This document shows, in pieces, positions 23,301 through 34,466 of a stretch of DNA of 64,000 bases. Source of the DNA: Amoebophrya sp. A120 (Eukaryota > Protista > Dinoflagellata). Within the stretch, counting starts at the first letter, position 1; every line of letters starts with the position of its first letter. Made by a program: the position numbers and the translations under genes. The DNA lies in NCBI GenBank assembly GCA_905178155.1, contig CAJINV010000004.1, positions 5,992,828 to 6,056,827 on the forward strand, given 5' to 3'. The notes under the pieces were generated by a model, which had not been told where the DNA came from, ran no database searches, and saw only the letters and a program-made list of their open reading frames with translations.

Positions 23301-26300
23301 TCAAAAAAGATAGATAAGAACGCCTACTGCAACGACCTGTGATTGATGTTCCCGCTCTCGAAGACTGCTGCTCTTATCCTCCACGCCGTGCATAGATAAG
23401 AGCACGTTTGTAACGACCAGAAATTGGTGGCTGGCACGAAGCAGAATGACATCTTCTGCGCCAGATGTTCCCGCTCTCGCAAAAATGCTGTTCTTATCCT
23501 CCAAATGGGGCATCAGCTCGCGCCCAGGCGCGCGAACTTGGACGCAGTGGCCGGCGGTTATTCTGTCAGCGCGCAGCGCGTTCCCTGGCGCATGCGCTGG
23601 GGCTGCGCTAAGCACGAAAGCGCGACCCTCTGGAGGATGCGCGGCGAAGGCTTTGGATAGCCCTGGGCGGTCTCGCTTTTGTTGGCCTCAGACACGCCAG
23701 GCCTCGCCTAGAATGAAAAAAACTCACGAATCGCGACGGTATGGCGCGATTTCTCTTAGGGATAAGAACACGCGGGAAGATCACCTTTTTCATCTCTATA
23801 CCTTTATTTCATTTTCAACGCGATCGCGAGCGGTGATTTCATCAGCATTATCACCAACAACTCGTCCGTTGTAGTTGTGGTAGTTGCGGCGGTACCAGGG
23901 CGTACTCAGTACGGCAGGAATGGAGTGGTACATGCGGTACTGCAACTGAGGATTGTAGCAGTAGTGCAAGGCCGAGGCCTGAAAACGCACGTGCGCGGGC
24001 GGGTGGTCGGGGATCGCGCTCGAACCCAGCTTGGAGGTCACCAAATCCGCATACGCCAAAGCAGCCTCGCTGTCTTGCCGGGACACCGAGACATACTTCC
24101 CGGTGGTGGACATATCAAATGTAAAAATGTCCGGGTCTGGAAGAATCCGAAATTTGTTATGCTGTTTTTGCATGACACAGAATGTCTGTCATGGAAGCCC
24201 TAGCATCACAGATTTTCAGAGGCCTTCATGATGCCTATTTCGCATGACAAATGCCCTCGACGCGTAGCACAAACCGGACTCCCCTTGCTGGTCATGCAAT
24301 ACAGAATTTTTTAGAGTCCAAAGTTAGCATCACAAGTTCCAACCTTCCAGACCCAGACATTTTTACATTTGATAGGACATGGGATCCCGCAAAAATTGCG
24401 TCAGGTGGTGGTCACTGTTCGGAATGTCCTCCACGTCATACTTCATTGGGCCAGTCTTGCTGGTCGCAGTCGGGTCGTAAGGATAAAAGCCACTTCTAGT
24501 TCTACCTCGTTCTAGCTTAGGCTCACTATCTCTACTCTGAAGCACGACATCATCGTCCGGCACAGATGAGGAAGTTGACGGGGTCGTCGTGTGGTCTTCC
24601 TCTACTAGCGCACGTCGTTCTTCTCCCACGAGGCCCCGCCCAACAAGCTGCGACGACAGGCTCTGGCGGGCAACCTCGTGCTCTTCCAGGTCCTCGACGG
24701 TGTCTGGGTACCGCACCGCGTACACCTCGTTGAACCGGTTTTCCATCGCGGACCGGGCGATCGTCTTGCAGTAACACTGCATCATGTCAGCCCCGTCGCT
24801 CTCGTCGGATCCCGGCGGCCAGGCGGCCATCAGCGTCCCCACCCAGGCGGCACTCATGCTGTACACCGTTCCGTGGTGGCAGGGGTTCTGGCCCTCTTCC
24901 TCGTGCTGCTCCAGGTAGTCAAACGGCTCCCCGATGGCCGCCGGCGTTCCCAGGCTGTGTGCGGCTTGCCGCTTCTCCAGGATCTTCGCAATGCTCAGCC
25001 GCTCCTGTACAACATCTTCGGGTACTTCGGATGCTACTCTTGATGACTTCTGGCCGTTTGGACCTTGTATTTCATCGACTTGGTCTTGTTCTGTAGACCA
25101 CGGCATTAGCCACACCTTTCCCGGCAATCGCAGTTCGCCCGGGCGCGTCAGAAACAGCCCAGCAGGGTCGTTCATTTTTCTCGTTGTACTCGTCGCAGCT
25201 CCTCGACCGGGGTCCACCACAAAGATTTCGCCGAATAGCGTGCTTAGACTAGGCATCGCTTTCAGCATCTGGTGGTTGGACGCAGGAGCGGGGCCGTTCC
25301 ATCCTGTGCGCTGAATGGCCTCTTGCGCGTTCGGCGTGGTTTTTGTGTCTTTCCAGCCTCGGGGCGCGACGAAGTAGGCGAGCTCGCGCCCGTAGGTCTG
25401 GATGACGAACCCCCCATAGGGCTCTGCGTCGGACCGCAGCTCGTGGCCGGGCGTCAGCGTGTCATACACGGTCTTGTCGAGCAACTTCGCGCGGCAGTCG
25501 TGATACAGCTCGCACCACCCGGTGTGGTCCCAAAAATTTAAAAAGTTGCAACCCTTCCGCAATCTCTTCGCGTATTTCATCTTGCTGGTCTTCCCTTCGA
25601 CGATATTGTTCTCGGTGTTCTTCATCTTCTCGTCAGTCTCCGTGGCAGCCACTGTACTAGGAACGTACACGTCCACGTCGGATGCGGTGACGGCCTCGAG
25701 GGTCGTGAACTTTTGTGTCCGATCTAAATCCGTCACGTAGTTCTCCACCAGTTCATTTGCTGAGGTCGACGTAGAGGCACTAAATCCATCAAGACCTTCG
25801 TGAACATCTTCATGTGCTGCAGCTGGAGGATCAGCCTTACGTAGTTGACCGACGTCAATATCATCTTCCCTGCTGCTCCGGTTTGTTTTCATCCTTTTCC
25901 CCCCCGCCCCCTTCGCCAGCAGTGCAGCGGGTTCCAAATAGTCCGCCTCGTCGCCGGCCTGCAGACAACGCCGCTTGCATTCTTCCAGGTCTTTCGCGGT
26001 GGAGGCAGCTGCGGTTTCAATGGTGCCCCACGCGGTGCTTCCCGTCACCGAATGCACCACCCCCTGGGACCAGCGCTTGACCCCGTCCCACATGTCTCCC
26101 TCGGGCACGTACATGTCCACTTTGTCGCACCGCGCGGGCCCCTCGGACAGAAAGGCCATGACAGGGTGCACCACCACCTCGTACCTCTCCGCAAGCTCGG
26201 GGTCGTTCTCGGTCGGATAAGGAGATGAAGGGGGTTTATGATCTTGCCGATCCTCTTCATTCTTGTCCACATCTTGTTTTCTTTTGGTGTCCTCTCCTGT

Positions 26301-27194
26301 GGCATTTTTTTCATCCGTCTCATCGCTCTCTTCTTCACCACCGCCACCTCCACCGAAAGGATTCCACCACTGACCTGTTTCAGCTCTCCTCGCCTCAACT
26401 GCCTCGGCCATCACTACTGCAGGTGTGCTGGTCGTCAGCGTCGTCGTGACCAACGCTGCAAGAAGCATCGCGCAGGACGACGTGGTCGAGGAGAGTAGAG
26501 CTGTGATGCCCGAGATCATGATCGCCAGGACGAGTACAAAGAAATTTCTTTTTCGGGGCCTTTTTTGTGTGGCGAGGGCAGTACTATGTGTATGATCTTC
26601 AGACCGCATCCACAGGAGCACGTGGTTTGTCCGTTCTATTTTCTCGCACGAATAGACGGCTTTCTTGTGCACGACGGGGACTGGCACTAGGTCTTTGCCT
26701 TTATCTGCGTCGACGTGAAGAGAATGCGTGGAGGATGGGCGATTTACATTTATGAAAAAAAGCAGATGTCCCCGCACTACCATCCCATTCCGTGGTTTTT
26801 CTGTGGACAATGCTGGAAATCTTCGTTTTCTTTTTGTCGTGGACGCTTCGCCGCAGCGGTGGTGTTCAAGGTCATCTTCACGCCCACAAGCACCACGACG
26901 GTCACGGCTGAAGAAAATCTTGCGGAGCCTCATCTTCGTCATGCTTCTGGTTCTGGTTCTCTTCTGCCACGACGAGGGCGTCTCATCTTCTAAGAAAGAA
27001 CTTCGACGACGTGTGCATCTCCACGTCGTGACGCCGGTTGTGGACCACATGAAGTTGTACGCGCGGCGTCGAGTTCTTAAAGCAACGTGAAAGCAAGAAG
27101 ATGAAGTTGTGCCACAAGAATCAGGTCCGCATGCGCTTTGTTCATCTACCACGTTCTTACTACTTAACATCATCCCAGCACCATCATTTGTCAT
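8323..27194 (-). CDS. Very large (~3,500 aa) lysophospholipase/cPLA2-like protein with a PAN/apple-like motif, split by 22 introners; start codon uncertain
   Basis: Motifs GIALAGGGLRAS..LGFLRA, EYISSAGASAW, LEFTPLYYG, YLFDGA; hydrophobic leader near 26400-26545; CKRRC..CNFLNF..WCELY. Span minus all elements (+5 bp each) is 10,734 nt, a multiple of 3; junctions spot-checked are open. Confidence 0.7.
9102..9408. mobile_element. Introner, family C
   Basis: TATGGAAGCGTCAGGTTTGAAATCG..CGATTTCAACTCTGACACATCCATA; DR gggca/gggca. Confidence 0.92.
9453..9721. mobile_element. Introner, family B
   Basis: Family B TIR; DR cagca/cagca; frame restored. Confidence 0.9.
9855..10169. mobile_element. Introner, family D
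   Basis: TATTACAGTGAAAAATGCCCCCACC..GGTGGGGGCATTTTTCATTGTAATA; DR gaagt/gaagt. Confidence 0.92.
11064..11234. mobile_element. Introner, family E
   Basis: TATCCAC..AAATTTCCCG / GGAAAATTTACTGTGGATA; DR tcggt/tctgt; frame restored. Confidence 0.88.
11444..11758. mobile_element. Introner, family C (opposite orientation to 9102)
   Basis: Reverse complement of the 9102 copy; DR cgagg/cgagg. Confidence 0.92.
11856..12121. mobile_element. Introner, family B
   Basis: TCTGGGTCTGGAAG / TTCCAGACCCAGAC TIR; DR cccgc/cccgc. Confidence 0.88.
12177..12322. mobile_element. Introner, family A
   Basis: TGCAAAAGTA / TACTTTTGCA TIR; DR agcgc/agcgc. Confidence 0.9.
12768..13075. mobile_element. Introner, family C
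   Basis: Family C TIR; DR ggggt/ggggt. Confidence 0.92.
13236..13350. mobile_element. Introner, family H (short)
   Basis: TATCCACAGAAAAAAAACC..GGTTTTTTTCTGTGGATA; DR gccgg/gccgg. Confidence 0.9.
14145..14406. mobile_element. Introner, family B
   Basis: Family B TIR; DR gtccc/gtccc. Confidence 0.92.
14444..14553. mobile_element. Introner, family H
   Basis: TATCCAGGAAAAAACAC..GTGTTTTTTTCCTGGATA; DR gcgac/gcgat. Confidence 0.9.
14775..14919. mobile_element. Introner, family A
   Basis: Family A TIR; DR agacc/agacc. Confidence 0.9.
14975..15239. mobile_element. Introner, family B
   Basis: Family B TIR; DR aaccg/aaccg. Confidence 0.92.
15813..15983. mobile_element. Introner, family E (DR diverged)
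   Basis: Family E termini; flanks acgac/tgatc no longer match, but removing element+5 restores frame. Confidence 0.8.
16776..16913. mobile_element. Introner, family A
   Basis: Family A TIR; DR cggtg/cggtg. Confidence 0.9.
17009..17314. mobile_element. Introner, family I, spanning a 100-N gap
   Basis: TATCGTACGAAAAAAGTGTTTC..GAAACAGTTTTTTCGTGC[N]GATA; DR tcggg/tcggc. Confidence 0.75.
17394..17663. mobile_element. Introner, family J
   Basis: TATGGGGTTCTCAAATGT..ACATTTGAGAGTCGCTGCATA; DR agccg/aggcg. Confidence 0.75.
17898..18064. mobile_element. Introner, family A
   Basis: Family A TIR; DR ccgcg/ccgcg. Confidence 0.92.
18184..20391. mobile_element. Non-autonomous DNA transposon (MULE/hAT-like) nested in introner; contains N gap 18464-19095
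   Basis: ~26-bp TIR GAGACGGGTACGTGCTGAGGCCCAGA / TCTGGGCCTCAGCGCGTACCGTTCTG; 8-bp TSD aaactttt/gaactttt; internal GC-rich repeats. Confidence 0.8.
19839..20150. repeat. Two ~157-bp tandem copies rich in GTTGCAC/GTGCAAC
   Basis: ccatacc..tggttc..gttgcacggcgagttgc..cgggaaatctcggaagg occurs twice. Confidence 0.8.
21050..21200. mobile_element. Introner, family A
   Basis: TATCCTGTGCAAAAG / CTTTTGCACAGGATA; DR gatag/gatag. Confidence 0.92.
22757..23800. mobile_element. 1-kb TAT..ATA element acting as an intron
   Basis: TIR TATAGAGAYGAAAAAGGTGATCTTC..GTGTTCTTATCCCTAA (~55 bp); DR ccttt/ccttt; ORF continuous after removal. Confidence 0.88.
24113..24374. mobile_element. Introner, family B
   Basis: Family B TIR; DR ggaca/ggaca. 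Confidence 0.92.
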
Positions 27195-28509
27195 TCTTGC
27201 TCTTCAATAGCTCCTCGTCCGTGCAGACGCATTTTTTTCTGGCTCGTGCTCGTTCTCGTTGCGATATAATCTTCACACCCATGAAGATTTTGTCGATTCG
27301 TAGCAGCGACTTCGACATACCGACCATCAAAATCAGAATGATTAGCTTAGTAAAGGGTGCACTTACATCAACATCAACAGTTCGTGACCTAACATGAAAA
27401 GAGGTGCAGGTAGTTAGAGACAGAAACAGAATGAATGTGCACGAAAAGTAAAAGTGTGCTCCTACTAGCACAGCTTGCTTTGTTTTGTGCAGATTTGCTT
27501 TATTTCGTCCAAGATCTATTCCTACACGGATGGAATAGAATCAGAAACTTTAACTTTAAGAAAAAAACACAACTACACATTCGTCGTACTTCTCAGAAAA
27601 TTGGACGATTATTCGGAAGCGCATTCACGTGCTGCTGGGAGACGAAGGCGGAAAGCACCTGTGACTGACAACTTTATTGGTCGGTGATCGTGATAAAATT
27701 GTGGTCTACATCGTCTGGATCTTTCACACATAACGATGAAGCAGAAGCGATACGAGAACGAGTACGACATGCTACCACTACCATACTTTGCTGGTCCCGA
27801 GAACTTAGAATTCGGAATCGAGTGTCGAGTGTTTCAGGTGAAACACGATGACGATGCGTTTGCGTAATTCCACCCCTCCTATCAAAAATAGATACGATGG
27901 ATGCCCGACAAGAACTCTTTAGTTTTGGAATCTTCAACATGTACTACGATGAAGAGATACGGAAGCCCCATTTTCGCGACCCAAATAGAGAAATCGACGA
28001 AAAGATAAAGAAAGCAGCGAAACGATTTATCAAAGTCTTGGACCTATCACGACGTCTAACCAGCCGCCAAAATTTAATCGGCTACAAGTACAATTCATAT
28101 TTACGGGAGAAGCGATGTACAGGAACAAAAAGAAATAATGGCTTCGTCTACCCGAGATGACGGGAGAAATTCTCCTGAAAATTTCGCGAATCAAGTGAAA
28201 ATTTACAGCTGCGCTCATCAACCTCTAAAAGAAGTTTAATATTTCTCTTGCGTGGTTGTATCTTTATTATCATTTTGATTCATTGTCTGATGGAACTTAC
28301 ATTTTCTGTCGCGAGGACGCTCCTTGCATTCTACATATTAACTACCCGACTCTGATGTGCGGCGTTGTTTTTCCAATGCAATTTTTTTTTGTTTGAGCTA
28401 CAAAATCTGCGTCCATCGTCATTGACGTTGCGCACCATCTCGAATCGTGCTCGTTTCTCCCGAGAAGAGACCGCCTGCTGAGTCGTAGTTCGTATCAAAA
28501 TAACGTCAG

Positions 28510-31364
28510 CTACGCGATAGTATCGGGGTCGACTCCCTTCCAGGTCAGGCGCTGCGTGCCGCTCTTCCCGATGCTGTCGAGTTTGGCCATCTCGGCTGCT
28601 GTCAGCGTCCACTGGAACAGGTCGGCGTTCTCCCGCATGCGCTCCGGGTTCTGGCTCTTGGGCAGCACCATGCAGTCCTTCTGCAGTGCCCAGCGAAACA
28701 GCACCTGCGCCGGCGTTTTCTTGGCGGACTTTGCGACTTCCTTAACCGTCGCGTGCAGGGTCAAGCTGTTCTGCGCATCCTTAGAGACACGGTCGCTGCC
28801 CCCAAGGGAGGCGAAAGCCTGGACAAGGATGCCCTGCTCGCGGCAAAAGGCGCGGAGCTTGTCCTGGGGGAGCAGGGGGTGGCATTCGAACTGGTTCACC
28901 ATGGGCGGGATCAGGGCCCCCTCTGTAATCTCCTGCAGTTGCCGCTCGCTAAAGTTGCACACGCCAATCACCTTGATGATATTTTTTTTTTGGATCTTCA
29001 TTTACATTTCTACATATTCAGGCTCACAAGGCGCTAAGAACTCAAGTGACACCAGAAAGAAAAAGATGCCCCGTGCGTCTCCTACAATAAAGGTCGAATA
29101 AGTACATCATCTTCGCGATCAAAGCCATCTCCAAGCGTGCGAGAAAGAAAAACTATGTAACACCCGCACCCAGGGACAGCAAATGCGATGATAGCTACTT
29201 TATGCATTCTACTTTGTTATTGTTTCAAGTTCATAGGCTGACTAATCAATTATATTACCTCCACGCGGCCGTCGATCCACAGGTCTTCCATGGCCCGCCA
29301 CGTTTCCCGCCGTGTGAGCGTCCCCTGCCAATCTTTGGGCAGAGTTTCGCCGCGCTTCAAAGGCCAGCCGGACTTGCAACCCGGATGGTGGATCAGGTAG
29401 CAGCCGAGGGGGGCGCGCTGCACCCACTGCCCTTTGCCCGCCTTCTCCAAAAGCCCCAGACTCTTGCAGCTTTCGTTCAAATATGCACTGGGCAAAAGTA
29501 TTGCATCGCGTTTGTCCTCTTTGTACTACACTAGAAATAGCACAAGTAGCATGCACCTTTATTGTTTGAGTTTATTTCATGCTGCGGATTCACGTAAAGC
29601 AACTCGAATTATCTTGTCAGGAGCCTGCAATTTATTGATACGATAAGCACGCGGGCCATGAGTAGCATACTTTTGCAATGCGTACGAAGCTGTCCATGGT
29701 GCCCTTGTAGCCGTGCTTGCTCTGCCACTGTTTTGTCTGCAGGAAGAGATGCTCCATTGGCTTCCGGTAGACCTTCACGGTGTGCTCCCTCTTTGAAGCG
29801 TCAGTCTCGGCGCGATTGTACGGCGCGACCTTTGTGAGTCGTGGGAAGATGTTCTTTATGTGAAAAGCAAAATCATGATTCGCGCCACACACATCAACAT
29901 TGCAGAAGATGAAGATCTACCATAGATGAGTTGCGATTCCAATTCCACTGACCCATGCCAGAAGTTTTCATTTCCTAGGTTTTCTTCGTAACACATGTAA
30001 GACGGGTAAGTACCTTGAATCCCTCTTGCTCCCGTCCCTTGCTCCTCCCCTCTTCCACGTCCTGCATAGCTTTTGCGGATGCCGCTGCCTATTCCGTGCA
30101 AAAACGTCCCCACCCCAGATGAGTCAACACGATGAAAATAAATCACTGCTAGACAAGTCAACAAGCTTTGGTTGATTGCTGTGCGCGACAAGATTGGGCT
30201 CGCAGTGTTGTTTTGCAAGTAATTATAGGTTTTTTTAGCTAGAGCAGACCATCACAAATTTCAAAACATCACTTCTCATGGGATTCCGCATGAGAAGCAG
30301 AAGCTTTAGTTTTCGTTTCATTTCATTTCTCCACATTCGACCTTGCATCACAACTCTGCGAAGATGGACGCGTTTTTACACGGGATACTGCGCCGACAGC
30401 CTTCAGCGCCTTCTCGTTGCCGTAGATGACAGCGGTGTCCACACCCTGAAAAATGCCTCCACTTGACGATATGCATCGCAAAAGAATTTCGTATCGGTAT
30501 GCAATACAGATTGACATTGATGTATTTAATACAAGTTGAAGTTTTATCTTCCAAGAGAGAAAATCGAATTTGTCATGCAGTTACAAGTAAAGGAGTAGAT
30601 CTATCATGCAAGATCGGCACTTATACGCGAGCGATACAACTGTTGCACAGGATAGACGAAGACGCAACCGCGTTCGTCTTCTTCTTCGCCGGCTCGACGT
30701 CGCTGGTCACTAGCGGCGCCAGCTGTTCCGGAGACAGTTTGTAGGTCCCGAAAAACGACACAGGAAAGTCGACTCCGGCAATAGTTGACGTGCCGCAACT
30801 ATCTCCCGTGCCTTTTCTGCAGGTCTGGGCAGCTGCATCAAACATCGCTGACCCGATCCGGATACGCGCTGTTTTCGGACACAGTGGTGGCTCCTGCGGG
30901 TTCTTTATTCGCCTTTCGTTCTCGGAGTCGAGATATTTGGTCAAAAAACCCTCTGGCAGGGCGGAGCGGAGATAAATTGAGTCGCGGGCGGAGCCGAGAT
31001 TTTTATTATCCGACTTCTTGGACTGTCCGCGAAGTAGTAGTTCCTGGCGCTCGCGTTCCGTCGTCAAAAATGCGGCCGCATCGTCCTCGCCGAGGACGGG
31101 CTTCTTGTTGCTTGTCGTGTTTTTCTTATCGTTTTTCTTGTTCTTCTTAACGTTCTTCGATGAAGAAGACGCCGCTGCTGTCGTGCCAGTCGTGGCTGCA
31201 GGGAGAGTGGACTGCTTTGATTTATTTCCAGCTTGTTTTGCCACGCTTTTCTCCTTGGCATCTGCTGCGGGCTTTTTCACTCCGGGCGGAGGTGCCGCAG
31301 AGTTTGTCGTCGCTTTTGGCGCTGGCATCTTCTTGGTCAACAAGTTGTTTATCTTTATTCTCAT
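28510..31364 (-). CDS. Aldo-keto reductase family protein with Lys-rich N-terminal extension; multi-exon
   Basis: FFGTYKL, VDTAVIYGNE, YLIHHP, IGVCNF, VNQFECHP, TPAQVLFRWALQ, LPKSQNPERMREN. Confidence 0.9.
29482..29684. mobile_element. Decayed family A introner
   Basis: TATGCACTGGGCAAAAGTA..TACTTTTGCAATGCGTA; DR diverged; removal+5 gives MDSF|DESCKSLG. Confidence 0.75.
30090..30387. mobile_element. Introner, family F
   Basis: TATTCCGTGCAAAAACGTCC..CGTTTTTACACGGGATA; DR ctgcc/ctgcg. Confidence 0.85.
30470..30654. mobile_element. Introner, family A
   Basis: Degenerate family A TIR; DR gacga/gacga. Confidence 0.85.
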
Positions 31365-32490
31365 GCAAGGTTACTTCTTAAACTCAAGCCGACTTTCGAA
31401 GAATTTCTCTAGATCTACTGTACTAGTACTATTTCTATTCCGAAATAGAAGTCCTCATAAGGTCGCTTTTCTTGGCTCACCTACACTTTGCTGCCACTTT
31501 CTGTCACGTTTAATTTCGCTCATTACCGTTGTGTGAAACTTACATACTAGAATTACTTTTGAACCCACCTAACACTCTATTCTCGTCGTCGAAGTATGTG
31601 TAGTGGTCGAAGATGTAGATGACGAAACACGGTCGACCACAGACACGATTATATATTACATCCATATGCTGGGTTGGTTGAGAACTACCTTAGGTCGCTG
31701 GTTCAAATACGAAGACATACCTCTACCTAGGAGGTACTTCTACTTACTCCTGTTGTTTTCAACAGCAGTCATCAAATTATCGTCGTCAACATCGAAAAAC
31801 GATCCACTTCTCCGACAAATAAACATAAAGCTAGTATAGGTTTGACCTTTTTTTTTTGCTTCGTGTGTGCAATGTTGAAAAATACGAGCTATCAGGCTGG
31901 CTAGCGAAAAACTTAAACTTCTACAGGATGCAACATCTGCATGCCGTAGTTTATCTTCGTGGTCGAAATGCTGTTGTGCGCCCGTTGAGAACACACGACA
32001 CAACTTCTTGAGGGACCACGTCATCGTGCGTCTGTGTGTCCTCTGTTGCAGTACTACTATCGCGGTGAAGAAGAGCGCATAGATGAAGCTTGATGCAAGC
32101 GAAAGGAGAAATCTGTTCGTTCTTCGAAGCAAGCAAAATCGTCTTGTTACGATTCGCTATTGTACTCCCGTTCCAGACGACCGTGACCCGACCGTCAGGT
32201 GGAGGTTCATTCAACAAGAACAAATATATCAAACTCGGCCGTAATAGTAGATCTTTGAAACGTAGAAGTTTTACTTCTACAGCTCCTACTGCCAAGTGCA
32301 AGCTTTATTTCCACCGCTCGAGGACGTTGCTGTAATATTGGATACTAAAAAACAGATCTTCATCCAACACGGTCCTCCTCGTGCATCGAATCGTACAGAA
32401 CAGCGGGAGAAAAAAGGCATGACTAGAAGTTGAGCTACAACAGAAGTATACTACTCTGTCGTTGAAGTAGACAATGTGTTGGTGGCATTA

Positions 32491-33336
32491 TCAAGTCTCC
32501 ATTTCTGTCAAGTGCGTAAGCAAATCCGACGCCGTTTCCCGCGTCGAGGATAGCAGTTCCTGCCCGGTGTCCGACGCGTTGGCTTTGGTCTGCAGCGGGT
32601 CGCACCGGTTGGCGACCACGTTTTCCGAGCCCACCGGCTTGCTGAACCGGTGGTCTTTAGGCACGTTCATGTGCGTGAACAACTTGTCCAACTTGGTCCA
32701 AAAACCGGCGCGCCGGCCCGCTGCGGCGACCAGCGCGTCGGCGTCGCGTTGGGCTTGTTCCGTCGCCAGCAGCGCCTTTCGGCTGATCGCCTCAAACTGT
32801 TTGGTCAGGTGCTCCAGCTTCTTTGGTCCCACGGCGAGCGCCTGTTGCCGCGACACAAAGCTGGTTCTTCTATCGTTGTTGTTCATCCATGTGGAAGCTT
32901 GGTTCGGTCCCCGGTCAAGGTCAACATCGTGGTTGATGTCATTCTCATTCGTGGCCTGATTTGACCTTGTTATTGTTTTCATCCACGCCCAGCTTCGGCG
33001 TTTGTCCCTAGTACCGGAATATGTATGATCGAAAAACGCCGTCCAAGAAGCTGATGAAGATGGGGAGGATGGTACTGCGCCTTTCTGATGTTTTGTGCGC
33101 AACACCAGTTTTCCACCGCTAGTACCCACACGATCTGACGACAGCAAAACGCTAGCTCTATCTCGTCCGGACCAGTTGCCAAAGACCTCCTGGAAAGTAC
33201 CAGGGTTGTTCGCCTTGTTGGTGCCAGAGAACGTACCATCTTCCAGAAAGCTGGTAACAGCTCCGACACTGTTTGCGGCTGCATGATGATGGCTCCCGTC
33301 AGTCGTTAGTCTCATGATTGAGGATGCTGCTGGCAT
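32491..33336 (-). CDS. Hypothetical protein
   Basis: 281-aa ORF on the same strand as all other genes, GC-richer than its flanks; no motif recognised. Confidence 0.45.
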   Translation of the reverse strand: MPAASSIMRLTTDGSHHHAAANSVGAVTSFLEDGTFSGTNKANNPGTFQEVFGNWSGRDRASVLLSSDRVGTSGGKLVLRTKHQKGAVPSSPSSSASWTAFFDHTYSGTRDKRRSWAWMKTITRSNQATNENDINHDVDLDRGPNQASTWMNNNDRRTSFVSRQQALAVGPKKLEHLTKQFEAISRKALLATEQAQRDADALVAAAGRRAGFWTKLDKLFTHMNVPKDHRFSKPVGSENVVANRCDPLQTKANASDTGQELLSSTRETASDLLTHLTEMET

Positions 33337-34466
33337 TTCTTTTTCTTATACAACTCAAATCAAAATCTGACCGGATCGTATAAATTTTGTTGATGCCCTG
33401 GTCGTGTTAAATTCTAGCTATTATTCAACCCAAATTTGTTTTACTTGAACGCACGGTGTCGTCCTGAAGGCAGGACATGCATATCATGATCGCGGAGCGA
33501 AGACGTCACTGAAGACGAACTCGATTACTGCTCATTGATCTCTCTGGTGGTTTCTGCATCTTTCCAGCAACCCTCCCGCTCACCACGACTCGCCGGGCGG
33601 GGCCAACTACATCAAGCGACACTGTACTTCCCTCTTCGGTCGTCCTCGTGTGTCTCAAGTTTCAACACAACCGACGAAGAAGTAGTCACTCATGATCAGA
33701 TTTCTGAAGCGAAATGTAAATATTGTACATAAACATATGACCGAGAGACTGACACGACGGGCACGGGTTCCGGGCAAGAATAATTTCGACGAGGCAGTAC
33801 CTAGTGGGGTCGCGGTGGCAGAGAAGACACAGAAAAATCAAACGCAAAGTTCGTCGGCCAACGGATCAAGTACGCCGTCCATCAATCATGTTGGAAAGAA
33901 ACTGTAACAATTTCAAGTGCAATAGATACAGTACATTCGCATGATGGGCAACAAACCTTCTGCGGTCACTCACATGTGTGTGTTCGATTTTCCCGAGAAG
34001 TAGAGCATCAAAATGGTATACAAGTACTAGAGAAGTACCCAGATCTACAACTACATTTATGCTAGGACTTTTATATGCTTATGGGTACTTCACTTTGCTT
34101 GTTCAAAAACGTCATGATGCAATATGCGTTTATGAATATTTTTTACGAAGACGATAATGCGTAGCTGTCCGTCCTCACACTTAACTCATTGTCAGTATGG
34201 GGAAAATAAGAAAGGTATCGCGCTTCGTTTTTTGCCTCGAGAAAAAACGTTCGTCGACAAAGAAAATGGTATACAACATGGGTACTGCACTACTACACTT
34301 AGTACGACTACGGATACACGGGAAACTTTTTTATCGAAAACCATTCAAGGGAAACTGTCCGAAATTCCTCTGTAGAATGCTGCGTGCAATCATCAGAGTA
34401 CAACAATGCTAGCAACCTTGAAACTAAATCAATGAAAACATTGAAATCAAAAACAAATACAAAGAA

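Noticed and set aside
22990-23660. Short ORFs inside the 1-kb element as a transposase remnant
   Set aside because: Short, with no recognisable domain.
8323-24374. Interpreting the interrupted ORFs as pseudogenes
   Set aside because: Frames and conserved motifs are restored precisely on removing inserts, with no other decay seen.
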